From: an uncultured virus (IMG/VR IMGVR_UViG_3300047673_000475)
Taxonomy: Duplodnaviria; Heunggongvirae; Uroviricota; Caudoviricetes
Virus record (IMG/VR): IMGVR_UViG_3300047673_000475
Strand: one strand, 5' to 3'
DNA: 64,000 bases
Positions 1-9,783 of the stretch are shown piece after piece. The position numbers and the translations under genes are program-made. Below the pieces are notes generated by a model. That model did not search any database. It saw only the letters and a program-made list of their open reading frames with translations, and was not told the DNA's origin. Within the stretch, counting starts at the first letter, position 1; every line of letters starts with the position of its first letter.

Positions 1-2288
1 GCGCCAAACTCATCGAGTAGGAGCGGTGCTTCGCCCAAGCCCAGGTACTTCATGGCGACCACCTTAAAGGCGAGGTCGACGACTTCCTGCATGCCGCTAC
101 TGCCATTCTTGACGTCGTCGCGAATGTTCGCCCGGTCCTGCACCATCAGCGGGAACTTATAGTCGAGCTCTGCGCCACGATCCGTGGCCACCCCACAAGG
201 CTGGATCTCCAGCGGATAGGCCCAAATCTTCTTGATGAGATGGTTCATCTCGCGCACAAAGCGCCGAATGAAGCCGAGCAGCCCTTCTGCAATCAAGCCA
301 TCCGTGGGCGACATCTCCTTGACCATCAGCTTCAAGGTTTCGTCACGCAAGGCATACTGCGCAATCGTCTTTTCCAGCTCAGCGATAATGCCCTTCTGGA
401 GCTTCATCTCCTGCAAGGCCGAGTTCTTGTGGGCGAGCGACAGTTGCAAAGCATTGATCGCATTTTGGATCGCTTCGCGCCGCAGCATCTCCACCAGTTC
501 TTTGGTGGCCTCTTCGGCTTGGCCGATCATCTGCTCCAAACGCTGACCAGTGGCCTGCACGTCCGACATCTGGCGACGGTAGGCCATCGTTTGCTGCAAG
601 TGCTTATTGAGTCGGTTCAGCTTACCCGTCAGCTCTTCGACCGTACCCGTTACCTTGACCAACGACTCCGTCACCTCATTCAGGTTCGCATCACCGAGCT
701 GTTCAGCCTGTTTGATGAGTTCCTTGATGTCAGCGATTTCCCGTTCCTGTCGCTCAGCGGCGAGCTCTTGCACCAGATCCTGTTTAAGCAGATCGAGTTG
801 CATGAGGGCCACGCGGGGCGTCTTGATGACCATCTCGTGATGTAAGAGGTGATCCCAGAACGGTTGCAGTGCAGGCCAGTTCTTCACGCAGCGGTTAAAG
901 TCCATGTAGAGATTGAGGTAGGTCTGAAACGCCTCCATCTCCTCTTCGAGTGCCTTGATCTCGGCCTTCAGCTTGGTGATCTCTTCGCCACGTGATTCAA
1001 TCGCCGCCTCGTACTTCTGGATCACTTCGGCATCATAGCCCATCACCCACAGGTGATGACACTTCGGACACTCGATGTTCCCGGCTTGCTTATGCGACTC
1101 CATGTGCTGCTTCTTACCAGCGAAGTGCGCAATCTCCTTTTCCTTTTGCAGGATCAGGTCACGTCGCTCGAGCACCTTTTGACGGTTCTCGTTATTCTTG
1201 GTCTGACTGAAGCGCCGATCCTCATTCGAAGGGATCTCCGAGAAGCACGCAAAGAGCACCCCGTAGACCGATTCGAGTGCTCCCGCTGCCTGGGTAGCAC
1301 TGAAGCCTTCCAAGCCCAGCACGCGGCCTGAGAGGACCTTGTTGCGGGTTTCCTGAGCGAGGTGCAGACGACGCAGCAGCGCATCGACACCTTGCGCCCC
1401 CGTCTTCTTGAGCAAGTCCTGCTTTTCCTTCAGCTTGCCGTGTTCTTCCACCGCTTTATTCAGGAGCGCTTCGGTCGCGGCGATCTCTTGCTTGGTCGCA
1501 TCGATGTCCTCGGTAATCTGTTCAACCGAGTCGTACCCTTTCCAACCAAAGAAGGAGGCACGGTGGCGCAGCAGGTTATCCGAGATGGTGTAGAGCTCGG
1601 ACAAAATCTCTTCCTGCTCCGTCATAAACGACGACACGGGTCGCGGAAGCGGGGCGCGCTGGCGCTGCAGTCGCTCAATCTCCGCGATCAGGGTTTCGAC
1701 TTCCTGACTGAGCTTGCGCTCCTCTTCCTCGGTAACGATCTTGCTGGTTTCCGCCACCAGCTTGTTCTTGGCCATCTTCAACGCACCGGAAGTCACCGTA
1801 GCGGCTTCCTTCAGTCGCATGAATAAACCAATGGCGTAGGTGTAGTCCACGTCCGAGAGCATCGTAAACCACTTGCGGCGATCCGTCGGTCCCATCGTGT
1901 GGAAACGGACCGCATTGCGCAGCAGCTCATGGATGTCGTCATTGACACCGAACTCCGTCATCACCAGCTTGCGCTGCACAGTGATGGTGTGGCCGTCATT
2001 GAGTTCCTGGCCGTTCTTCAGGAAGCTGTGCTTATTGCCTTCCGAGAACCAGCTCTTGAGCACAAACGTGTTACCACGGTGAGTAATCGTTATGGTTTTA
2101 GAGCCATCTTTACTGTATTCCTTGGGCTCAGCAGGCAACGGGGTCAATTCCTTTACCAAGGAGGATTTGCCAGAGCCGTTGGTGCCGAGAATGAGTTGAA
2201 TGCGTTCAGCCGGACGGATCATAAAGCGGGTGTGCCCATTGAGCGCGATCCGCTTATATCCGACCAGCTCTAATGAGTTAATGAGCAT
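1..2288 (-). CDS. sbcC: SbcC/Rad50-like SMC ATPase (phiKZ gp165-like), C-terminus runs off window
   Basis: Absent from the ORF track (no stop in window). Manual translation from ATG 2288 gives MLINSLELVGYKR...ILGTNGSGKSS (Walker A), in-frame zinc hook CPKC near 1070, signature GSSGMQ and Walker B LLLDEFG at the window edge. Confidence 0.93.
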   Translation of the reverse strand, partial: MLINSLELVGYKRIALNGHTRFMIRPAERIQLILGTNGSGKSSLVKELTPLPAEPKEYSKDGSKTITITHRGNTFVLKSWFSEGNKHSFLKNGQELNDGHTITVQRKLVMTEFGVNDDIHELLRNAVRFHTMGPTDRRKWFTMLSDVDYTYAIGLFMRLKEAATVTSGALKMAKNKLVAETSKIVTEEEERKLSQEVETLIAEIERLQRQRAPLPRPVSSFMTEQEEILSELYTISDNLLRHRASFFGWKGYDSVEQITEDIDATKQEIAATEALLNKAVEEHGKLKEKQDLLKKTGAQGVDALLRRLHLAQETRNKVLSGRVLGLEGFSATQAAGALESVYGVLFACFSEIPSNEDRRFSQTKNNENRQKVLERRDLILQKEKEIAHFAGKKQHMESHKQAGNIECPKCHHLWVMGYDAEVIQKYEAAIESRGEEITKLKAEIKALEEEMEAFQTYLNLYMDFNRCVKNWPALQPFWDHLLHHEMVIKTPRVALMQLDLLKQDLVQELAAERQEREIADIKELIKQAEQLGDANLNEVTESLVKVTGTVEELTGKLNRLNKHLQQTMAYRRQMSDVQATGQRLEQMIGQAEEATKELVEMLRREAIQNAINALQLSLAHKNSALQEMKLQKGIIAELEKTIAQYALRDETLKLMVKEMSPTDGLIAEGLLGFIRRFVREMNHLIKKIWAYPLEIQPCGVATDRGAELDYKFPLMVQDRANIRDDVKNGSSGMQEVVDLAFKVVAMKYLGLGEAPLLLDEFG

Positions 2289-2366
2289 GTAAGCCTTCTA
2301 TTGCACAGCCTGATTCTGTCGTCAGACGATGGTTGAGCTGTGTGTTTTTTAACAGGACTCAAGAAA

Positions 2367-3383
2367 ATGGACCACCTTGCCGCCCAACTAGCGGGTCACG
2401 AGAGCCCGCAGGGGACCGTCAGTAAGTTCCACGTGTACTCACTGGGCCATGCTGCCGAGAACAAAGCCCTGAATTCCTTCGATCTGGAAATTACGCCGAT
2501 TGAGGATACGCCGATGGTGGACGGGGAGCTCTCCACCAATGCCAACCAGGTCCTCACCCAGGGCACCGACTTGACGGGTCAACAGTACCAGACCAACATG
2601 ACGTCCTCGGGGACCATCAGGGCCACCTGGCTGCCCGTGGGTCAAGCGAACCGGCTGACGGCACCCGATGTACGGCGCGGCGAACAGGTGATCATCTACC
2701 GGTACGGTGACACCGACAAGTATTACTGGAACACGATGCGCAATGACCTGAACTACCGTAAGCTCGAGACGGTGGTGTTTGGCATTAGCGCGACGGCGGC
2801 CGAAGGTGCGAGCCCGGACCAGACCAACACGTACTATGTGGAATTCAGTTCGCACAAGAAGTCCATCACGCTGATCACCACCAAGGCCAATGGCGAACCT
2901 TACGCCTATTCATTCCAGTTCGATACGGGTAACGGCAAGGTGCAGCTCGAGGATGACATCGGGAACGGAATGTTCCTGGATTCACAGCAACATCAGTGGC
3001 ACATCGAGAATGCGGATGGGTCGTTTTTTGACATGACCAAGAAAGCCATCACCGGACATGCCGACGATTCGATTAGCTGGACCACCAAGGACTGGTCGGT
3101 CAATGCCTCGAACAGCACCAGTGAAATCACCGAGACGCGCACGGTTAAAGCCACTACCGAAACTGTCACGGCAGAAACCACCCACAACGGTGATACGATC
3201 CATAACGGTAACATCGGCCTGAACGGTGACTTGACGACTGCGCCGGGCTCGTCGGGCACGGGTAAGATCAGCATCAAGGGCGAGGCTGAGCTGTTGGGCG
3301 ATCTGGACGTCAAGGGCAACATGACGGCAGTCACGATCGAGGCGACCGAATCGATCTTGGCCCCGAACCTGAAGTACAACTAA
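2367..3383 (+). CDS. Baseplate central spike-like virion protein (phiKZ gp164-like)
   Basis: N-terminal OB-like region (TAPDVRRGEQVIIYRY) followed by beta-helix-like Gly/Thr/Asn-rich repeats; divergent from sbcC as recalled for phiKZ-like phages. Confidence 0.7.
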   Translation: MDHLAAQLAGHESPQGTVSKFHVYSLGHAAENKALNSFDLEITPIEDTPMVDGELSTNANQVLTQGTDLTGQQYQTNMTSSGTIRATWLPVGQANRLTAPDVRRGEQVIIYRYGDTDKYYWNTMRNDLNYRKLETVVFGISATAAEGASPDQTNTYYVEFSSHKKSITLITTKANGEPYAYSFQFDTGNGKVQLEDDIGNGMFLDSQQHQWHIENADGSFFDMTKKAITGHADDSISWTTKDWSVNASNSTSEITETRTVKATTETVTAETTHNGDTIHNGNIGLNGDLTTAPGSSGTGKISIKGEAELLGDLDVKGNMTAVTIEATESILAPNLKYN

Positions 3384-3392
3384 AAAAGTAGG

Positions 3393-3427
3393 GACATAAG
3401 GGGAGGCCGAAGCCTCCCTCTATGCCG
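3393..3427. terminator. Hairpin flanked by GACATA/TATGCCG between convergent genes
   Basis: GGGAGGC-CGAA-GCCTCCC followed by TC-TATGCCG. Confidence 0.75.
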
Positions 3428-3435
3428 TTGTTGCT

Positions 3436-4713
3436 TCAGCCTGCGGTATTCCACTTGTTAAAGCCAGTGGGTGCTGTGTGCACGAAGTTGGTCGCGCCTG
3501 CGTTGATCGTCACTGCATCCGTGTTGGCATCCAGTGACACGCCGAGGTAGACCAGTCCCGCAGCACCGCCCGGTACGGCAATCGCCGCCAGCGGCAGACC
3601 CCCGAGACCCGTGGCCGGATTCTGGTTGGCAATCACGTCACCATTCCACTGCTGCGTCTGCGGGTTGTAGAACCAGCCGAGCTTCGCGTTCAGGTCAATC
3701 GCAATCCCTACCACGTCACCCTGTTTCGGAGTGGTGCCGATCGTCTGGGCGTTGCCACCGTTGTAGAAGATCCCCGCGGTTTGACCATCGGCCTCGGTGA
3801 AGATCATCATGCCGTTGGTGTCGGTGCCAAGCTGCTTGTTATTAAGCTGACTGGCGTTACAGATGCCAAAGCCGACTGCCCCAGCCAGCGTGTTGATCGT
3901 GGCTTCCGCGTAGAACTTGCCTGCTTGATGGCCAGCGGTACCACGCGCTGATTGCCAGCCGGTAACTGTGCTGGTCGCCGTCAGGTTAGTGTTGCTCAGC
4001 GTGATGCCTGGCGGAATCAACGCCGCATCCAACTGATCTACCGGGTCGGTCGGTTGCGTGCCACCCGTGAGCTTACCGATGTTAGCATTCACAAATGCTT
4101 CCAGATTGGCGTACTGCCCTTGCAGCGTCTGGAGTTGTTTAGTGAGCGCAATCACCTGCGACTCGGGCGTGTTGGTATTGGTGATGTTAGCCTGCCGGGC
4201 TGCTTCGGCACGGGCATGGTCGGACGCCGAGAGATTGGTCGTCGGCGACACCACCACCGTCTGAATCAACACGCTCGTCAGTCCCACGGTCGTCTTCACC
4301 AAATTGGCGATCTGTTGCTTTAAGAACGTGAGGTCCACGTAATTCGGCATCGCACCCAGGTCCACCGCCATCATCAGGTTGGTGTAGGGGACACCGCCCT
4401 TGGAGGGATAGCTGGCCACAAAGCTCGACGGCACGTAAGCGACCGCGCCAGACGACTGCTGCAGCGTGATGATGCACACCCCGTTGCCGAGGTCCGCCTG
4501 GTACTGGGCCTGCAGGTCACCCGAGGTTTGTTCGCGCGGCTGGTAATACTTGGTGTAAGGGTCGCCACCCGCCGCGATGATGTCCTCAAGCAGTCGGATC
4601 GAAATACAGGTGTACGACGCATTCGCCATCAATGCGTTGTTAAATGGCGAGGTGAGCGTAAAGACTCCGGCCGCCCCCAGCTCCGGAATCAGGTTGGTAG
4701 TGATAACAGCCAT
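3436..4713 (-). CDS. Virion-region protein with C-terminal SPRY/B30.2-like domain
   Basis: C-terminal ITLSNTNLTA..GKFYAEATI..VGFGIC..GDVVGIAIDL..WFY pattern is SPRY-like; preceded by a coiled coil. Confidence 0.7.
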   Translation of the reverse strand: MAVITTNLIPELGAAGVFTLTSPFNNALMANASYTCISIRLLEDIIAAGGDPYTKYYQPREQTSGDLQAQYQADLGNGVCIITLQQSSGAVAYVPSSFVASYPSKGGVPYTNLMMAVDLGAMPNYVDLTFLKQQIANLVKTTVGLTSVLIQTVVVSPTTNLSASDHARAEAARQANITNTNTPESQVIALTKQLQTLQGQYANLEAFVNANIGKLTGGTQPTDPVDQLDAALIPPGITLSNTNLTATSTVTGWQSARGTAGHQAGKFYAEATINTLAGAVGFGICNASQLNNKQLGTDTNGMMIFTEADGQTAGIFYNGGNAQTIGTTPKQGDVVGIAIDLNAKLGWFYNPQTQQWNGDVIANQNPATGLGGLPLAAIAVPGGAAGLVYLGVSLDANTDAVTINAGATNFVHTAPTGFNKWNTAG

Positions 4714-4725
4714 GCGGCGCTCCTA

Positions 4726-6033
4726 TTACGACGAGGCGAACTGCGGGTTCGACTTGGCAGCGACGAGGTAGTCGATCGTCTGGTAGTTGTACACGAGGTA
4801 CAGAATGTTGTTACGGATCAACTTCGTGTAGCCCAGCGGAATGCTGGAATATTGCGTCATCGATTCCGCCACCAGCAGCATCGTGGCCAAGGCCGACAAG
4901 AAGGCTTGCGTGCCCTGGCTCATGCGCGCGAAGTCCGTCGAGGTCGAGCTCACCGAGATGAGATCCGGGAACACGTCCGAGAGCTCGTACAGGTTATCGC
5001 GATTCTGGTCCGAGCCAATCATGGCGATGGCCAGCGACTTGTACGGATGCCCCATCACCGTGCCGTGCGCATTGATATGAGCACTTGGATAACTAGCGAA
5101 CTGGGGGAGCAGCGCGAGCGCATCCGTCAGATTCGTAATCGGAGAGTATATGCCCGCTTGACCCGTGGCGCGATCAGGGATCGCCATTTTGTTCCACCGC
5201 GGCACCAGTACAAACTCGGTGCGCTTGAAGATGTCCGGGAACACCGCGACCCATTCGGCCCGCGTATGCGCGCTGTTCGCCAGAATGTAGGCTTCCAGTG
5301 CATCGCTGATCGAGTCGACATTGTCACCCGCCATGCCGTACAGAATCAGCGTCCAGTCCGTCGAGATGAGCGTACCGGTACCAGCCGGATCATGCCAGTC
5401 GTAAGACATGACGATGATGTCGGTTTCCGGATTGTTCGCCTTGGCTGCCTGGATGTTCAGGAACAGCTGCGGTTTGGTGACCGCGCTGACTTCCGCTTGC
5501 ACTTGCGTGGCGGCTTTGAAAAAGTCGTCGAGCGGCGTGATCGGCGGGACGATGACGAAAGCCGATTCGTCGTATTCGTTCTGGAAGCTCGCATCGGCAA
5601 ACCAGATGCGGATAAACGAACCGGGATTGGCCACGTCGGTCCAGCTGACCCATTCAGGCAACCAGCGCGTCCCGTCGGTGACCATTGCCCCGGAGGCGAA
5701 GGTGTTAGCGGTAGCAGCAAACTGCATGAGGGCGCCTTCGAGCAAGACGTCCGCGTATTGTTGGCCAGCATTGTTAATGGTCTGGTTGTAGAACCAGGCG
5801 CAGATCGTGAGCACGCGCTTGGCGAGGTCTGCATCGACAACTTGGGCTGTCCCGTCGGTTGCGCTCAAGAACGACCAGAGCGTGACGTTCGGCGAACCCG
5901 CTGCGTCGGTGTAGAGGCCGATTTCGCGCGAGTAAGTCCGCGACACCGTGGAGAGTTCCCCGACGGCGTTGACTTGACCCGGCGTGTTGTTTGCGAACAG
6001 GGCGTGGCTCGCAAAACCTTTAAGTGTGTACAT
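4726..6033 (-). CDS. Conserved phiKZ-like virion structural protein
   Basis: 435 aa ORF with good codon bias and GGAG SD; N-terminus MYTLKGF..NNTPGQVNAVGELS resembles jumbo phage structural proteins. Confidence 0.7.
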   Translation of the reverse strand: MYTLKGFASHALFANNTPGQVNAVGELSTVSRTYSREIGLYTDAAGSPNVTLWSFLSATDGTAQVVDADLAKRVLTICAWFYNQTINNAGQQYADVLLEGALMQFAATANTFASGAMVTDGTRWLPEWVSWTDVANPGSFIRIWFADASFQNEYDESAFVIVPPITPLDDFFKAATQVQAEVSAVTKPQLFLNIQAAKANNPETDIIVMSYDWHDPAGTGTLISTDWTLILYGMAGDNVDSISDALEAYILANSAHTRAEWVAVFPDIFKRTEFVLVPRWNKMAIPDRATGQAGIYSPITNLTDALALLPQFASYPSAHINAHGTVMGHPYKSLAIAMIGSDQNRDNLYELSDVFPDLISVSSTSTDFARMSQGTQAFLSALATMLLVAESMTQYSSIPLGYTKLIRNNILYLVYNYQTIDYLVAAKSNPQFASS

Positions 6034-6144
6034 CGAGTAATCTCCAGCTGTTCTTCAACAGGTCGTGGACACCAGGGGATGGACCAAGTGTCTTGAAATC
6101 CATTAGAATAAGACTAAGCATAAAATGAAGCAATAGGGGCTATC

Positions 6145-6606
6145 ATGCTGGCATGGAAAACTTTCACTCTCTTGTGGCCGTTTCTGAAGGAGCTCTTCCT
6201 CGGAAAGAAAACACTGAGCGAGGCACTGAAGACCAACAAAGGACGCGTCTTTCTGATGATAGCCATCATCGGTTCAGTCGTGATGAACTTATGGTTGGTC
6301 CCTAACATTGTGCGGATTTCCACCGACTACGTGGAGCTCAAGCACAAGTATGATGATTTAAAGACGAGTGCCGACGAACATCCGAAGGTCGACACCCCGC
6401 CTGCACCGCCGCCTGTGAAGAAGTACACGTCGATGGTGCAGCCGGAGAAGATTACAGATGCGCTGCCTGCGTCCGCCCGGTCGCCTGCCAGTGCACCTGT
6501 AGTGCCGGAGGCTACGGTACAGCAGTGGTCCAGTTACGACGCCACCGTGGCGCGTTTTAATCAAATCCAGGCGCGCGAGCGGGCTGGCGGTTATAAGAGC
6601 AGGTAG
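6145..6606 (+). CDS. Inner-membrane protein, putative i-spanin
   Basis: Single TM segment (VFLMIAIIGSVVMNLWLV), then helical and Pro-rich region; directly upstream of a lipoprotein. Confidence 0.55.
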   Translation: MLAWKTFTLLWPFLKELFLGKKTLSEALKTNKGRVFLMIAIIGSVVMNLWLVPNIVRISTDYVELKHKYDDLKTSADEHPKVDTPPAPPPVKKYTSMVQPEKITDALPASARSPASAPVVPEATVQQWSSYDATVARFNQIQARERAGGYKSR

Positions 6607-6610
6607 ACTC

Positions 6611-7084
6611 ATGAAATCGCTAAAATACGCAATAGTGCTGGCCATTGGCCTCACGGGGTGCAATAGTTTTAACACCTACGAGCCTCCCCACGGGCCACGA
6701 GGTCGGCAAGAGCAGCGCGAGCAACCGAAGAAGCAGGATAAGGGCTTCTTCTCTTTCCTGTTTGGCAGTGACGATCAAGCTGCAAGTGAGGTGCCTGTCG
6801 AACAACCGGCTTCGACCACTGAGATCGTCATTGCGACACGCGACGAAGCGGGTAATGTGCTGTGTCCTTATATCAAACTGGTGCCGGTGCCGCAGCCTCC
6901 ATCCGTGCCAGTGGACCAGCTCAAGCAATTGAGCCCCAAGGATAAGGATGCGCTCATCCAGCTGCTCAATGATCACATCGATCAGATGCACCAGTATGCC
7001 ACGCGGGTGCGGGACCAGAGCGAGCGTCAGCGGCGACAATACGCGGCTGAGTGCAAACGCTGGTTCATGCTCCATCAGCAGTAA
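6611..7084 (+). CDS. Lipoprotein, putative o-spanin
   Basis: Signal peptide II with lipobox LTG-C; Pro-rich segment and C-terminal helix with extra Cys residues. Confidence 0.65.
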   Translation: MKSLKYAIVLAIGLTGCNSFNTYEPPHGPRGRQEQREQPKKQDKGFFSFLFGSDDQAASEVPVEQPASTTEIVIATRDEAGNVLCPYIKLVPVPQPPSVPVDQLKQLSPKDKDALIQLLNDHIDQMHQYATRVRDQSERQRRQYAAECKRWFMLHQQ

Positions 7085-7142
7085 AAAAAGTTATTTTGAC
7101 AGGGTAGGTTCATGTTTTGCGACATGCCTGCCCTGCAGTTCC

Positions 7143-9233
7143 ATGACACCATCTACGATCCGAGATTGGCTTCAGACCAATCTGTCGCTTTATGTCCACG
7201 GGGATTTGCGCAAACGCATTCCTTTACCTGGCGTTTATGCGATTCATTTTCCCCAGACCGATGAAGTCTTCTTCGGACAAACCAAGCACTTGTACCGAGG
7301 TCGGATTAAACACTTACGTGCGCTTAAACGGGGTGTAGCCGAAAACAAGGGTTTGCAACGTGCGTTTAAAGAAGGTAAGCGAACCTTTGATTTCTACTAC
7401 ATCAACCTCCCAGTCGAGGTGACGAAAGAGGTCGAGCAGGACTACTTAGACCTGCACCATGGACAACCTTACCTACTGAATCAGGCGAGGGCGTCTCGGA
7501 CACGCAAGAAACAATATATTCCCCCGAGGGATACTCTGACGAGCCCGAAACACTCTGATTCGGTACGAATAGAAAAGAAAGGATTACAGCGTATGTCAAG
7601 CGTAGAAGAAGTCGGTGCTGAGCCTGCTAAAGGCCAACCGGCGCTACTCGATGCCCCGCAAGGTGTAGTGTATCACACCGACGGAGGCTGCCGCCCGAAC
7701 CCTGGCCCTGGTGGCTGGGGCATTCATGGCTATCTGTACGCGGCTGCTAAGCCGAAGAAAGGTTCGGGCAATCCGGACCACATCGTGACTGCTGCGGGTT
7801 ATGTGACCAAGGTGGAGTACAACAAGCAGACCAATCATGACTGGACGCTCGCTGATTTCCAGGAATGGTTGAGCAATCCGCTTGCCCGTCGTAAGCACAT
7901 GGAAGTCACCCCGATCGCCTACATCGACGGGTATGGTTCTTTCAGTGCCGCGATCACCAACAACATCGCTGAGCTGGTGGCCGCGACCCAAGCACTGGAA
8001 CACGCCGCGCAGTACGACGTGAAGATTGTGCAGGTCCATTGCGATTCGAAGTACGTCTGCAACGGTCTGATGGATTACGTGCCGACCTGGATTCGCAACA
8101 ACTGGATCAAGTCCGACGGCATGGTTGTGAAGAATGCTGAGTACTGGAAGAAGCTCGTAAGCGCTCGCGACATCTTGACGAATCGGGGCGTGATGGTGCG
8201 CTTTGACTGGGTCAAGGGTCATAACGACCATCTGGGCAACGAGACGGCTGATCAGGCCGCCACCATCGGCGTGATGCTCTCCCAACGGGCCATGTTCGGC
8301 AAGTCCTGGAGCTTCGATCCGGACGGACCGGTCGCGACCACCTATGCGTCGATTGACACGTCCCCGGCCGACGGTTACTGGAAGTACGACACGGAAAAGC
8401 ATCCGTTTATCTCGATGCCCCGCATGTACTTTAACACCTGCACGGATTACTTCCGCGCGGGCGAGTACTATCTCAGTAACGGTCGTGAGGAAGAGCATCC
8501 GGGCAAACGTATCAGCGATGGCGCGTATGCGATTGTCAAACTGAAGACCCCCGACCCGGTGTTGGAACTGGTACGCGGTCATCAGAGCACGCTGGCCGAT
8601 AACGTCATGGCACTCGCCTCGGCGCGGCTGGACTTCATCTACCGCCCGGACATTCACAAGAAGCTCTCGCAGCACGGCCCGCTGGTGATGGTGCAGGACA
8701 ATCCGCGGCGGCTGGACACCTTCGATTTGCACAGTCTTGACAAGGACAAGCAGAAGGAACCGATCACGCGCGAGCACCAACCGCCGCACCTTGCAATGCG
8801 CGCGGTGGAGTCCATTGAGCTCCTGATGCACAAGCTCAACCAGTATCTGGCGAAGGACCCCGAGATTGTTGTCACGGATCTGACCGATATTCTGTATGAG
8901 AAGAGTCAAAAGGTCGTCAAGAAAGAGACGGTCGACATCTGCACGCTAAATCCGAAATACAATGTCGGGTTTGCGGCCATGGATGTTGATGCTAAGTATA
9001 AGACCGATGAAGGTATCGGCTCTGCGTCGGTGACCCTGACGCTTGGCATTGACCTCCTCGATCGGAACGCTCTGAAGCGCCTGGAGAATTCTCACCCGAA
9101 AGTCAGTTTAATTACCTGGCTGGAGGCCCCGCACATTTTCCGTTACGCCACGGTAGTTGAAACCGAGGAGGATTTGGGGATCTGGGCGGGTGTATACAGC
9201 AACGTGCGGATTGTGACACCGCAATCTCACTAA
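7143..9233 (+). CDS. rnhA: RNase H (phiKZ gp155-like) with in-frame N-terminal GIY-YIG-like domain; probable internal start at 7593
   Basis: HTDGGCRPNPGPGGWG, TNNIAELVA, HCDSKYV and WVKGH..GNETAD give the D-E-D-H-D set; upstream in-frame GVYAIHF..FFGQTKHLYRGRIKH. Confidence 0.9.
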   Translation: MTPSTIRDWLQTNLSLYVHGDLRKRIPLPGVYAIHFPQTDEVFFGQTKHLYRGRIKHLRALKRGVAENKGLQRAFKEGKRTFDFYYINLPVEVTKEVEQDYLDLHHGQPYLLNQARASRTRKKQYIPPRDTLTSPKHSDSVRIEKKGLQRMSSVEEVGAEPAKGQPALLDAPQGVVYHTDGGCRPNPGPGGWGIHGYLYAAAKPKKGSGNPDHIVTAAGYVTKVEYNKQTNHDWTLADFQEWLSNPLARRKHMEVTPIAYIDGYGSFSAAITNNIAELVAATQALEHAAQYDVKIVQVHCDSKYVCNGLMDYVPTWIRNNWIKSDGMVVKNAEYWKKLVSARDILTNRGVMVRFDWVKGHNDHLGNETADQAATIGVMLSQRAMFGKSWSFDPDGPVATTYASIDTSPADGYWKYDTEKHPFISMPRMYFNTCTDYFRAGEYYLSNGREEEHPGKRISDGAYAIVKLKTPDPVLELVRGHQSTLADNVMALASARLDFIYRPDIHKKLSQHGPLVMVQDNPRRLDTFDLHSLDKDKQKEPITREHQPPHLAMRAVESIELLMHKLNQYLAKDPEIVVTDLTDILYEKSQKVVKKETVDICTLNPKYNVGFAAMDVDAKYKTDEGIGSASVTLTLGIDLLDRNALKRLENSHPKVSLITWLEAPHIFRYATVVETEEDLGIWAGVYSNVRIVTPQSH

Positions 9234-9289
9234 CCTCGATGGGCTGCTGCTTATTACCGTCAGTGGTGGCCCATATTGGAGTTTTATCC

Positions 9290-9703
9290 ATGTTACGGTT
9301 AACGGCAAGTCTGAAATCTGCGGCGGCGGGGGTCCTCGAATCGTCATTGCCTGGACGGATGAAGCGACTAATCTTGGTGACGTCGATCGTCGCCCAGGCG
9401 AAGGAAACGCGCAGCTTGGATGTTCAGACGATTCGTAAGCTCAACAATCTCATGGACCTGGCTGGTGAGGAAAAGGCGATGGGTTTGCCCGCGTCGCTTT
9501 CCAAAGCCATCTGGGACGGCAAGACTTCGGTCGATGCCATAGCGTTGCTATCCAAGGGAGGTCCTCTTCCTGAATCCACCATCGGTGACCTCGTACAACA
9601 GATCAAGGCCTGCATCCCAGCGTGGTTGCGTTACGGTCGTGAAGGTGAGGTCGATGCGGATCTGCAGAAGTTGTTCCGTCATAAGTCCGAAGTGTTGGGC
9701 TAG
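9290..9703 (+). CDS. Hypothetical protein
   Basis: ATG with GGAG SD; ORF ends just before a hairpin. Confidence 0.7.
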   Translation: MLRLTASLKSAAAGVLESSLPGRMKRLILVTSIVAQAKETRSLDVQTIRKLNNLMDLAGEEKAMGLPASLSKAIWDGKTSVDAIALLSKGGPLPESTIGDLVQQIKACIPAWLRYGREGEVDADLQKLFRHKSEVLG

Positions 9704-9711
9704 TGCAACCG

Positions 9712-9768
9712 CGGTCATATTCCCACTAACCTCCCCAGTAATACGGGCGGGTTAGTGGGTTTATGCCG
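9712..9768. terminator. Long hairpin flanked by GTCATA/TATGCCG between convergent genes
   Basis: CCCACTAACC...GGTTAGTGGG followed by TT-TATGCCG. Confidence 0.75.
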
Positions 9769-9783
9769 GTCTGGCAACAGGGC

